DNA of 63,378 nucleotides, filler included, from Choristocarpus tenellus KU-1152 (Eukaryota; Protista; Phaeophyceae): assembly GCA_964200185.2 (NCBI GenBank). It is 7 parts of 7 records of this genome, joined end to end, with 100 filler letters (N's around TTAATTAATTAA, not from the genome) between each part and the next. Parts side by side here need not be neighbours in the genome. Positions count along the whole stretch, not along the records: positions 1 to 17,588 come from CAXNAD020000659.1; 6 more parts are not named here. The stretch is one strand, 5' to 3'. Position numbers and translations under genes: made by a program. How positions within the stretch are numbered: the first letter of the stretch is position 1; the number at the start of each line of letters is the position of its first letter. The notes beneath the pieces are model-generated. The model was given only the letters and a program-made list of their open reading frames with translations. It made no database searches and was not told where the DNA came from. Positions 1 through 11,593 of the stretch are shown one piece after another.

Positions 1-29
1 CCCCCCCCCCCCCCCAGATACTTTGAGCC
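1..29. mobile_element. End of a family-1 MITE (poly-C followed by CAGATACTTTGAGCC terminal inverted repeat)
   Basis: Same terminus as the copies at 4829-5005, 5100-5282, 6360-6538 and 47366-47434. Confidence 0.7.
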
Positions 30-1924
30 AGTAGTAGACTTGTTCATGACCTTTCAATAAATTATAGATGAATAGCACATCAGTGTTGCTTGTCGCTTAG
101 CAAACAGCTAATCTACTCCAGAAATCTCTCATCGTAAAAAATTCTGTGGACCGTCTATTGAAGAGCCATCTAGTAGAACCCTTGACTCAAAAACTTCCCA
201 TTCAGTCATTCAGAAAACCAAAGTGAATTTTAATCCGTACCTCGTGAGAACTCATGACACACCGGTATACTTTTCGGTGATGCTGGTCCAATGCACTCCT
301 CGCTCGGCGCTTCCCTCTCCACCTCCTGTCGCCCTCTATTTCTCCTCCACCTAGAAAGTAGTAGCCATCCTACACTCCAGCCATGAAAGACCCCAGTGTT
401 ATAAACAGGAAGTTGGGCAGTGCATCCAAGCATACCAATAAATATTGTGGATGAATCTTGGAGGACATCAAATGACATTACCTGTATGCCACTTTGAAGT
501 ATTGAGATCTTGTCGTAAGCACACTATCTGGACAATCTAAGCACCTTATGTAAGGTAGAGTGACATGTCTTGCTCCTGATGTGCAAACGCATGTTCTACC
601 TTCGGAGGCCAATCCCCTAAGCTTGATAGCCGAAAACGCTTGTATTGTATGCTTACATTAAAGCATGAGTATTTTGTTTGTGTGTACAATGGGAAAGGTA
701 TGTTATAGTTATATTGCTCCTTTGAGAATGGTTGTGCTGCAGGGTTCAACTTAACATTGTCAAATTCTAGGGATAGCTGTAGCTTAAAACTCAATCTCTT
801 TTGTCAAGTATCGAGATACAACCATTTTGGACCACCAATGCAGCAGTCATGCTTACTATTGGAATATTGAAAAAATCAGAGGCAGGGGTGCTGCTAGACT
901 GTCTGTGGGTCATTACCCCACCAAAATAGTTGCACACTCTCCCTGAGCGGTCACCTCAACCTTTAATTTTTTCCTTGAGTCTGTTACCTGGATCCCCCCT
1001 TTCACTCACTATTCATTCTTCTGCTGTTGTGGGAGTTGGGAAAGCATTCCAGTCAGGACTCAAACTCGCATCCTCTGGTTTTGATAAGACTTGAGATACC
1101 TCTGTACTTGAACATGAGTTGCCTTGAGTGTCTGGCTCAGTGGTACAATGGCATCTCCATATTTGACAACTATTGAGATACACTTTATACAGCAAGAGCT
1201 GAGATGAGCAAACATGTTTTCAATTTGACCATAAATCTGATCATGATGTAGAGATGTTTTCAGGACTCTAGACCTTCAGAAACTGCTTTGTTGTAGTATT
1301 TTTTGTGAATCATGATGATCTAATCAACTTGGATCGTAGAGTGAAAGAATAACCAAGACTTGCAATTCGAACATTTTGATTGGTCAAGTATTTGCACTTG
1401 AAGCACTTTCTCAGTTCCCTTAAAATTTCCAAAATGTAGCTCTTAAAATTGTGATTGATAATGGTTGATGGTGGTTGACCCTACTGTTGATGGTGGTTGA
1501 CCCTACTTATTTTTCAAACTACTCTCTGTGCAAAGCATACCTGATTAGCAGGACACACATATTCCTAATGATGTTTGGCAAGAGGTTCAGTGCATATCTA
1601 TTAATGTAAAAAAATGGTGAAGAGATTGTCAACAGAGACTAGAAGTACTGTTGAGCAGTGTGTTACTGATCCAATAATCTCTTTCTATTGTACCCTATTG
1701 TACATCTTGCATCATACCAAAGAGAGGGCTGAGTGCATAGGTTGTTGAAGAACAAGGTATGATATTGTGCAGTGTGCTGTTCGAATGCAGGCCTGTTAAA
1801 AGCACCTGCCAGTAACACACAGCCAGGTGTTTCACTGTTGACTTTGTTGATGGGCAGGTGGGACACCATAGATTACATGGGATATACTCCTCCCATGTCT
1901 CAGTATTCGGAACCATCTACTCAC

Positions 1925-3525
1925 CTCCAGAAAATCATCCACTGATGGTAAACGGGCTCCACCTCCTGCATGGGCTGGGACATCCGTGGAGTATTTTGGG
2001 ATGGGCAGCACTGGTATGTCTGTGGTATACATACGAGGACGTGAGCTGGCACTGAAGTCGGAGCCCTCAAGCCTCACTGCATCCTGGCGCCAACCGTAAT
2101 CAATCTTCTCCTGGTTTACTGCCTCTACACATACCTGCCATATTGTTGAAAGTATTTGTGAAAGAAGAGATAATTCAAAACATTCAGGCAAGTATCTGTT
2201 TATTCACAAATAAGGAAATGAAGGACGCCTATAATACCATCTTCCACATTGCACACCCTCTCCACAGTCTCCCAGTTCTCCAGTAGAGGAATGTATGGGT
2301 GGGGAAAGAATCTGTACCTGCTCTGAGAGATATACCGCGCCTGGGTTGTGCTGAAGGACCCAAGAAACGATCTTCTGAGCCTGCTGGAAGACAAAAAGCA
2401 TTGTCATAAAGTGTTCATGAGGTAACATGATAAAATGGAGAGAAAATAATAATTTTTTCAATCCTTTGATACTACTCAGTTTGGAAAACGTAGCATTGGT
2501 AATAGGAAGACAGCCACAATTATAGTGAGTGAACATTCCTCAACGACTGATAGGTAAACTCAGCATTGGAATTTTGAAGAGTTATAGAGTTAAGGTTATG
2601 GTTAAAGAAGGGGAATGGTAGTGTGGAGTTGGTGTTTGATTTGGCTGTGGAACTCCACCCTTACACCATCATATATATTCCTGTAATTATTAATAGGATA
2701 GATGACTTCAAGAAAAACATCGGTATAACATAAAGATATTCGCCTATGCCACTACTCCTGTTGTTCACCCACCTGCACTGTGAGCATACCCCTCTGTGAG
2801 CCCAAGCCCCCTCGATTAGCATTGACTAAGGTAAAATCCTGACAGGGCATGGAGGTGAATGTGATATCAATTCGACCCACCCTTGCAATATCCTCCTCAC
2901 TCAAGCTGATGACATCCCCAGAGCCGTCTTTGCCCATCATCTTGATTGTCGTGCCTTATTGGTGTGGCCGTTGGTACATTAAACACTGATGAATTACAAC
3001 ACATCATTTTTCGAATACTTGGAAGATATCAGTGTTCATACACAAGAGTCAATATTTCAAACAAGCTGTATATTCAACTCACTAGAAATTTCATGGGTTG
3101 TATACTCAGGGAGCGTCAGTAAATGTTTGGAACTCACAGCAGCTTTTGATTCGACAACACCTAATCGACTCTTGCACAATGGGGCATTCTACTGCCTTGG
3201 AGGCAAATGCAAATATTTTAATCCCCCCTTAAACAAGGTAGCTCCGCAAAGGACTCCAAGTGCTTGTTTGTACTTACCTCTGCTCTTCCATTGGTAAAGT
3301 ACCCCCAGTGCAACAGAGTCAACATCTGTTGCTAGGTAGGTTATGTGCTTTGGGTCAATGCCTGTGGCACGTACAAGTGCGAGGAGATCTGATCCCATCC
3401 CTGTGGTAAAGTGGGTAGGGCAGAAGGTGAGGTGCCGACCTTTTGTCAATTGGCAAACCTTGCTTTAATTTAGGCCTGACAATATTTTGGAGGGACTTGT
3501 ATGTGTGTACAGGTGTGTGTGTCTG

Positions 3526-3561
<36 letters not shown>

Positions 3562-4764
3562 ATAGTTTGTGTGATAGTGTTATGATGCCAAGGGGAGTCT
3601 GAGAGGAGTCAATGGAGATATTCAAGTGGGACGAATAAAGGGTATGTCAATGAGTGCCTATAAACCAGAACTCGGGGCATTGTGTGGCACAGGAAGGCCT
3701 CACTCCTTACTGATCCTTGAGGGTTTTCTCTCTTGTTCTTCATGCCTTGTCGATATCACCCCGACTGTGCACATCTTATAGCTGCCGGTGTGTTGAAGTG
3801 TGTTCAGAGAAAGGGGGTTCGTATGCAACACATTATATTGTGATAATATTTTTCACTGCTGCCATTGAAGATAGTCAAGGATGAAATTTAAAATGGAGTA
3901 GGGGATCATCCTCTGGCACCAACCACTAAATTTGGACTAAATAAGAAAATGAAAGATGTGCAACTTTTGCGGTGATAAAAACACATTAGCACTCCTGACT
4001 AGAGTGAGCATGTGAGCTTACCCCCAGCGAGACTCAAGACCACTAGCTTTTGAAGCCCCCCTCTCTCTCTGACTTCGGCTTCAATAGCTTCAAACCTCTC
4101 TGATGATGATAATACCCCTCCATAGAGGGGGTTCCCAGGAGCATCATTTGCCTTTTTCCATTCCTCAGCTGGGCAATCTATCCTTCTTCCACTCTCTGTT
4201 CGATGCAATGCTTCACACTGGTTTGATCCTACAGTCTCACCATTTGTTCCTGGTGCAGGCCGAGCAGCTCCCTTTACCCCTCCCCCCCTCCGTATCCCTA
4301 CTCTTGGCGTTGGATTGTTTTCCAGTGTCTGACCTCTCACACTGTTTGTCCGGGGGTGGACCATGGACCGCAGCAACCGATTTGTTTGGTGTTCCTGATA
4401 CAAATCCTCCTCCCCCTTCTCCTTCTCGACCTCCTCCTCGATCTCCTTCTCTGCCTCCTCTTCACTCATTTTCTCTTCCTTCTCTTCATCCCCTTCTTCG
4501 TCTTCCTCCTCTTTTGAGGGTGCTCTCATCCCCTTAGGTGCTGTTCTCCTTGCTGAGATGATTTCCCTATAGCCCTCTCCCCACTCCACCACCACTGCAC
4601 CCTCTTCCTCCATAACCCCAATAATGCCACACCTAGCCCACACACAACACACCCCATCATGTGTTTCGAGGTGCAGGGCGTCAGCCTCATCTCCAGGGCT
4701 CCAAACAGAAGCATCACCAGAAAGCCACAGCCGGTTGGCTTTATCACGGCAATCGTCACATACC
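1925..4764 (-). CDS. Spliced DNMT3-like C5-cytosine DNA methyltransferase with an N-terminal CxxC/Tudor-like region and acidic linker; 5' and 3' ends not resolved
   Basis: Phase-consistent GT-AG exons on the minus strand: 4764-4022 (...KLVVLSLAG), 3400-3278 (GMGSDLLALVRATGIDPKHITYLATDVDSVALGV...), 2954-2773 (GDVISLSEEDIARVGRIDITFTSMPCQDFTLVNANRGGLGSQRGML), 2380-2318 (AQKIVSWVLQHNPGAVYLSEQ) and 2134-1925 (VCVEAVNQEKIDYGWRQDAVRLEGSDFSASSRPRMYTTDIP...VDDFLE). Motifs I, II, IV (catalytic PC), VI and VIII (RxR) occur in order. Spacing resembles DNMT3 (VLSLFDG / YIASEV / GDVRSV / SPCNDLSIVNPARKGL / ENV / SAAHRARYFWGNLP). Confidence 0.85.
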
Positions 4765-4828
4765 CTGGAAACACACACATATAGAAGAAGATTGACAATC
4801 AATGGTAAGTGTGAAGGTGCTAAAGACT

Positions 4829-5005
4829 GACTCAAAGTATCTGGGGGGGGGTGAAGTCTACACCAGGTGTCCATTCCGGCCCTGACCAGGACAAGTGCAC
4901 TTGCATTATCCATCCGACTTGTACAACCAAATCACCCAAAAATCGTGACATGGAAAAATGGGCCCCAAACGGACAGCCGGCACCCCCACCCAGATACTTT
5001 GACCC
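4829..5005 (+). mobile_element. Family-1 MITE (about 180 bp, PIF/Harbinger Tourist-like)
   Basis: TIRs GACTCAAAGTATCTG(G)n ... CCCAGATACTTTGACCC; internal sequence shared with 5100-5282 (inverted) and 6360-6538. Confidence 0.75.
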
Positions 5006-5099
5006 TCAAACACCCCTACAAAGAACGGTGTGGTGGTGCGATGCCTGGAGGCGAGAGAGCATGAGACTCGGATGCATTGGGGGACGGCGGAGACCATCA

Positions 5100-5282
5100 G
5101 GATCAAAGTATCTGGAGGGGGGGGCGGCGTCTCTCCACTGGGGGCCTATTTTTCCATGTCGCGATTTTTGGGTGATTTTGGTTGCATGCGTCAGATGGAT
5201 AATGTATGTTCACTTCTCCTGGTCCGGGCCCGAATGGACACCCCGGTATAGACACCCCCTCCCCCCCGGATATTTTTGAGAC
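5100..5282 (-). mobile_element. Family-1 MITE inserted in a mariner relic, TCA target-site duplication
   Basis: TCA at 5097-5099 and 5283-5285. Removing the insert restores collinearity with the mariner copy near 61.0 kb (GCCATCACAGAGGACTTTGG on the minus strand). Confidence 0.8.
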
Positions 5283-6349
5283 TCACGCAGCACTTTGGAA
5301 TTTCTCAAATCACCATGTTCCATCATCTAAAGGAGAACGACAGCTCGACCGTGCAGGGTGAACGCACGGACCTTGTACCATGTCGCAAGGGGTGATGTGG
5401 TCGCCGTACAAGCATCCTTGACGTTTGGGATGTCCCATCAGTACACCACACATCCTTGTACAAGATGGGCGACCGAAGCTGGGATCTCCCTTGTCTCGTT
5501 GTGGATCCGTTCAAGCACGAGAAGGTGAAGAAGTTCAAGTGGTGGATTAAGCCAGTCCTCTCAGACCAGCAGAAAGTCAACAGGGTGGGTTTCATCATCA
5601 GTCACACAAAAAGGAGGGGAGAAAGTGGGATAGTAGAGGGCGATCTGTGTGACTGGGTACATGTGGACGAGTAGTGGTCTTACATCCTCAAATATGGGCA
5701 AGGTGTGCACCTGCACCCAACTGAGCACCCCACCAAACCCCAACGGGCACAAAATAGGCGTTAGATTGCAAAGGTGATGTTTCTTGCACTTATGGCCCGC
5801 TTTAGGAACCTCTCCACTGGGGTGTGGTTCGATGGAAATCGGGATCTAGCAATCGTGGATACTAGGGTCTCAGTGCTCCAGTAAACACCACCCCAAGGGC
5901 ACCAAGGTTCTTGTGTCAGCCACGGTGGACGGGGAGGGGTATAAGAAGCTCAAGATTGAGGATGTCATCCCGGCAATCAAGACCTTCCATGTCTAGGCCG
6001 GGACACCATCTTCATGCAGCAGGATGGGGTAAAGCTACTCATCAAGGAGGGGATCATGGAGCCAATCAAAGAGGCGGCGGAGGACAACATTGTCATAGAG
6101 ACCCAGCTAGTCAACTCGCCTGAGCTCAACATCAACGACCTGGGATTCTTTCATTCCATCCAGCAACTGAAGGAAGATGTGAGGGTGACCAACACAGAGG
6201 TGCTGGTGGAGGCCACAACGGAGGCATTTGATGTGTACTCCCGGGAGACATTAGAGCCCGTCTGGCAGAGCCTCTTCACAGCCTACAGTGAAGTGCTGGG
6301 GTTCAAGGGTGACAGCATCTCCAAACTTCCCCATCTCAGGAAGGAAAAT

Positions 6350-6790
6350 GAGTCAAAGTGAGTGAACGTATCTTGGGGAGGGGGGGGGTCTACAGCAGGG
6401 CTTACATTCGGGCCCTGACCAGGCGAAGTGAAGTTACACTATCCATCTGACGCATGCAACCAAATCACCCAAAAATCGTGACATGGAAAGGTGGGCCCCA
6501 AATGGACAGCCGCCACCCCCTCCCAGGTACTCCGAGCCAGTATCTTAGAGGGTAGAGCCGTGTCCGTTTGGGGGCCAAAATACAACGTTGCGATTTTGAT
6601 GTCATTTTGGTTTATCGTATTTGTTAGGAAGTGGTAATATCCTTGTTCCGGACTCACCTTTCATAACGTTTACATTTTACCTACTCCGAAATATTTCCGA
6701 GTAGAGAAATGTCATAAAAAAACCTGTGGGAAGCCAAGCCCCAAACGGACAAACGGGGCAAAACTTGTGCCCTCTAAGATACTTTCACTC
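6350..6790 (+). mobile_element. Family-2 MITE (about 260 bp, AAT duplication) carrying a nested family-1 MITE at 6360-6538 (AGT duplication)
   Basis: AAT|GAGTCAAAGT [GAGTGAACGTATC...TACTCCGAGCC] AGTATCTTAGAGGGTA...CCCTCTAAGATACTTTCACTC|AAT; homologous to 41234-41498 and 54596-54855. Confidence 0.8.
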
Positions 6791-9339
6791 AATACTGAGA
6801 AGGTGGGCAAGTTCCCCATGAACGCCTGATGGATGTGGCGAAATACTTTGCTAGAACAGAGTTTTGGAGGGCTTCGGGAGCGGAATCAATGGTAGTGGTA
6901 TGCTGCCCCACTTTGCTTGAGATTCTAGTGGGCAACCCTTCACTGCCTGCACAATACACCCATAAGATATGAACCTGCAAAAAAAACTTGCTTCTTCATC
7001 GGGGCTGCAAAATATAGTATGTTATAATTAATTCCAAACAGACGAACTAGAATATTTTTCCTTGCTAATTGTTGGTGAGAGGGAATAGTTTTGGGATTTT
7101 CTCTTGAGTTACGTAGTTTATTGTTGGTGAGGAGTTTATCGAGATGAGGCCAAGTCTGGCACCGTGTCGAGCACTCGTGTGCTCTCTGTTACTATTTTAA
7201 GGCGGATATAGGGGATGATGTTGTCTTACTGTACCTGGTCCACTCTGTGTCGCTCTGTGCGGATTTGTTGAGTGGTTCATATATCCTACTTCCTTTCCGC
7301 ATGGTCCTAAGTTTGGAACTAATACTTCTTCAAAAAAATCTGATTTATTATTCCTCCACCATGTCTTTCTCTCTGTCCATAATCGTATAACGTAGTAGCA
7401 ACTGGTCTACTGCTACCACCACAACATGTAACAACAGAATATTTTACAATAATATTAGCAATGAAGACAGAATAGATGGAAACGTGGAGTTGGAAGAATG
7501 AGAGAAGAGGTGGCCCGTGTACGACAAACATTCATCACAAACAAAATGATCATTGATGCTTTCTGCACATCATCATACATTGCACAAGAAAAATGAATTA
7601 ATGCTTGCAATAGTGGCAACAGTATGTATCTGCGATGTATGGAACACGATACAAACACATTAGAAATAGTACGTCGCATATCTCCTGTATAAAATAAAAT
7701 ACAGAACATACACAGCAAATTGAACTTAATTCTGTACACTGTATCTCTATTGTACCTGTTACACACAGCAGAGTAGAAACCTTATTGAGTCAAAACGACA
7801 CACACCTAGCGTTGTATTGATAAGGATGTGAGCAAATGTGCAAAACTCGACATTTTGTAGAAATGCGTGTAGGAGCCTCCTTGAATTCTGCGAAGAGTTC
7901 AAACAACAAAGAAATCAATGCTCTCGTGTTAATCCTTACACTTCATCCCGCAGAAATTTGGTGAATTGCGAAAGATGAAGTGGCTTACAATGCCTAACTG
8001 AAACAAACTTGGGTACCTCACGTTTACTTTGGTTCGGTGTGGTAGTGGTGAATATTGTGCTCAGACATACACACATTGAAACAAACATTGAACATGCACG
8101 GCTAAAACTATTCTGTATGCAACATTGAAGGTATACCAACAGACAACATGCGTACACGTTCGTTTTCTCTAACCTGCAGACGGCAGTTGCCGATTCCACA
8201 CTCTGTTGAAGGCTCTCAATATAAGAACAAGGTGATAAATGGTTAAACTGCATCCAACATCGACGTTATACTGACATATACATGCACTTCTGCTGTAAAT
8301 TTTGCAGCCTCCCCTTCATTTGTATTATTTCAACCTTTCCCCGCAAAGATTCGTATCCATCAGGCGGAAAGCAAAGTTCAAACACAGAAAAGAGCCTTCA
8401 ACAGGGTGTGGCATATCCGCAACTGCAGTCTGCGATTGAGTATGTGTTGAGCCTATCTGCGGCACCACTGATAGTCCTCCAACCCTGCACAAATACATTT
8501 TGCCACGCTGTCCATCTGTCCTCTTACTGCGCATGGATGCGTGAACCTCCGTGCATCCACTTGATTTATGTAGCAGCGTTCAAACCACCAATTTGCCAGA
8601 ACCGCCTGGTGATACGGACCCAGCAGCAATGGGAAGGGTTAGGGATAGAAGGGAGATACAAAATTATTGTGGCTCAGATATATTCAAACAATCCCTGCTA
8701 ACAAGAGATTAGCTTATGTTTTGGTGGGTGTACTGCCACCACACCACAACAGTGGAAAGTACTACAAGGATGATACTGTGTTAGAACTTTCTGTAAGCCC
8801 CTTAGCTCGGTACCCGGCAGGTAATCAGCTGACTATTAATCTCGTTGGTGTCTGAAGAATATACTAAGTTTTTTTAACCGATACAAAACTGTGCAAGTGC
8901 ACAATACCAGCACAACTGCCTACTGTGGTTGGAGTTATCATTACTAACACCACCGCTAGGGTACTACTCCAATAATATAGGCAGTTGCTGTAAGATGATA
9001 AGAAGTACAATAAACGCCAGGGACTCTTGATGCGAACTTTGAATGATGAGAAAACACTATCTGCTTAAGCACTTATCTGAATGACAGTGTTGCTTGCTGC
9101 GACCTTTGATGAGAAACAAACTACAACCGTGGGAGAAGGAAGGAGATACAAAAAAGGGGGAAGAGGGAACGAGGGAGAGATGCAGTGCCGGTATCAAAGA
9201 ACCCAATAAAATAGTGTGTTATTTGCACTAGCATATTGCTTACAGTGTCTTTCTATTCTTTCTAGATCCAAGAATCTTTATTGTTTCAAAGGCATTTCGC
9301 AATTTATTTCAACTTAATTCCATTATCTCTGTTTCTGTG

Positions 9340-10609
9340 TGTGCCGCCTCCTGTGTCTGTGTACTGTATGCAGGTTGTGAGTGAGTAGTTCAACATTTTT
9401 ATGGGTGATGAGGTACAGTCATGTGACCTTTTGCACGACAGGACTGCCGACCAGGGAGCAAACATCCTCAACACTCTACGTGAGCTAATGATATCTGCAA
9501 TAACATCGGCTGTGCGCATAAGCTTGAAAGCTTTTGTTATGTAAGCGCTCTGTATGATCAGTGCTATGTAGACACGGGGAAGAACAAAGCGGGCAGAACT
9601 ACAAGAAACACAAAAGAAATATCAAGAGGCATCTCCACGGTGAGGAGTGGGCACTCTTGCGTGAACTACCCAGTCTTCTTGAGCTGTCGACAGATATCAC
9701 GGCTGGTATTCAGGGTGGGCGTGATTGTTTCATGGGCAGAATCACTTGTTTCATGACTGACCTCAGTAACATCTACAGCGAGGATACACACCCCATCAAG
9801 AATTTGTGGAGCAACGGAGATGATGCCGTGGAGGATGTATCAGTGGGAAACCTCATTGATGGTTCGCAAGTGTCCCTCAGGATTCTCCTTGAGGATATGA
9901 AGGCGCGAAAGCTTGGTGTGCCAACTATTGTTGAGGAGCAAGTGACACTCTTTCTTGTCCCCCATACCAAAGATTGAGCCATAGACTTGTGCACTAATGG
10001 GGGCTCTTGGTTTTTAAAAAGCTGTTGCTGACCTAGAGCACAAAAGGGGACTCTCTTCTGGATGCAGGCGAGAGAGCCGAAGGTTTTGCTGCCATGATAG
10101 GTGGCAATGAATCTGATCCTGTGTCGATGATACCTGGGTTTTGTGACTGGGAGAACTCGTAGATGGTAGAGCAGCAGCAGATGCAATGCCTACAGCAGAA
10201 GGCGTGAAGGATGTCATCAGAGAAAGGGAACAAGGGCAGTCCAAGAGTGGGCATTCATTCGAGGTTCTGAGGCGAGTATCTAAGAGAGGAGGAGAGGTCG
10301 GGTAGTTAACAGTTCGACCTTTTGATGTACTGGAAAGAGAAGGCAGCGTCAAAGAAAGACGGGTAGAGCAAGGTGTTACAGGCTTCTCAAATGCCCCTTT
10401 TGGCTATGTTTACCGGACTTTATCACGGAATTATTGGCACAAGTTGTCAGTCTGAGAGAGAAATCTCAAGCCTCGCCCTCACACTCACCGTCTCACTTTG
10501 TAGTCTGGATAGCGTAAGGGTGAGGAGACTTACGTACTTGCACCTCGATAGTAATCTCACCAAGGAGGGGCCTAATCAAGACAGGAGGTGGGTGCTAGCA
10601 ACCATGTGA
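9340..10609 (+). pseudogene. Degenerate hAT-family transposase remnant
   Basis: Broken frames, including EEWALLRELPSLLE...LFLVPHTK (LDPR-K equivalent) and a dimerisation-domain-like C-terminus MPLLAMFTGLYHGIIGTSCQSEREISSLALTLT...SLDSVRVRRLTYL (compare hAT P.LA.LA..YL.IPATS..SER.FS). Confidence 0.65.
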
Positions 10610-11356
10610 AAGGAATCTCCTATGAAGTGTGTGTATGCCAGAAGAAAGTGGCAAGTGAAGTACTTGTAGCATAAGCTATACTGCTGAACGTCTGTTGAGA
10701 ATGCAACACTTTTTATTTTGGGTTAATATGCATAGCACCAGGAAAAAAATTGGAGCTACGTTTTTCTTTAACTGAAATTTATTAATTAGTTACGTTGATA
10801 CTGTGGTGGTGTCTAACCTTCTTACAAGGATTTTATGTGGAACAGATTCTCATTGGCCAATGGTCAAATATGCCAATTGCACGTGTGTAAATTAACAATA
10901 AAATCGATTGATGTATGCCTCCTGACATTCTCACTGCACATACATATATCTATGTTCCTCACGGCTTCGACTCAAGAAGTTCCAGAGATAATTTGAAAGC
11001 GTACTTACTATCTACTTGAACATGTTGGATCGTTACACAGCCTGAAAAATATGTTACACAATTTTTTATTGTTCGCATGGAGAGGACAAATGGAATTGAC
11101 AATTGGATTGTAGAACACGTAGTGGACATGATTTGGACATGCAAGAAAAGAAATCGAACTGGTTGGCAGCCATAATCCGGACATGGAAACTTTTTTTTTT
11201 ACCGGTATAATACTCGGTGTTCATGGTCTGGACATGTTTAGAGGATGCTCAACCTGGTCTGACCGATACCGGCGGACATGGACCGGGTCAATACCTCATG
11301 AACATGGACTGGCACATGTTAAATAATCATGGGATCGGTCCGGTCAGTGTACGGGA

Positions 11357-11593
11357 GTTAGTGTTAGGGTTACGGTTATGGTTATGGTTATGGTTAGGGT
11401 TAGATTATCGAAAATGAGTGTGAAAATGTGAAAGTGGTAGGTCCTGAAGAGGTTGTGGTTCCCCAGTTTACTATACTCCTCCACCACTTCTGTCCTCTAG
11501 AATCTTTCCTAGGTTGGTTAGGGATATTTTTTACGCACAAGTTTGGGTGAGGGTTACGGTGAGGGTTAGGCGAGGGTTAGAGAGCAGGGTTGG
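11357..11593 (+). repeat. Degenerate telomere-like (TTAGGG/TTATGG/TGAGGG) hexamer patches
   Basis: GTTAGGGTTACGGTTATGGTTATGGTTATGGTTAGGGTTAG and GGTGAGGGTTACGGTGAGGGTTAGG. Confidence 0.5.

Larger units (their letters stand above)
5006..7047 (+). mobile_element. Degenerate Tc1/mariner (plant-type, DD37-39D-like) transposon, 5'-truncated and interrupted by MITEs
   Basis: Fragments WIKPVLSDQQK, WVHVDE*W, KVMFLA, WFDG and QQDG...NSPELNINDLGFFHSIQQLK, with stops and frameshifts. 3' TIR ATGTTATAATTAATTCCAAACAGACGAAC followed by TA (7019-7049). Collinear with 59670-61421. Confidence 0.85.

Noticed and set aside
1925-4764. Bacterial restriction-modification or contaminant methyltransferase
   Set aside because: The gene is split by spliceosomal introns, is flanked by host MITEs, and has no adjacent endonuclease.
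4851-5279. 142-aa ORF and overlapping ORFs
   Set aside because: They lie entirely within two inverted MITEs and a mariner fragment.
11357-11593. True telomere
   Set aside because: The patch is short, degenerate and internal; similar patches occur in introns (about 34.76 kb and 41.47 kb).
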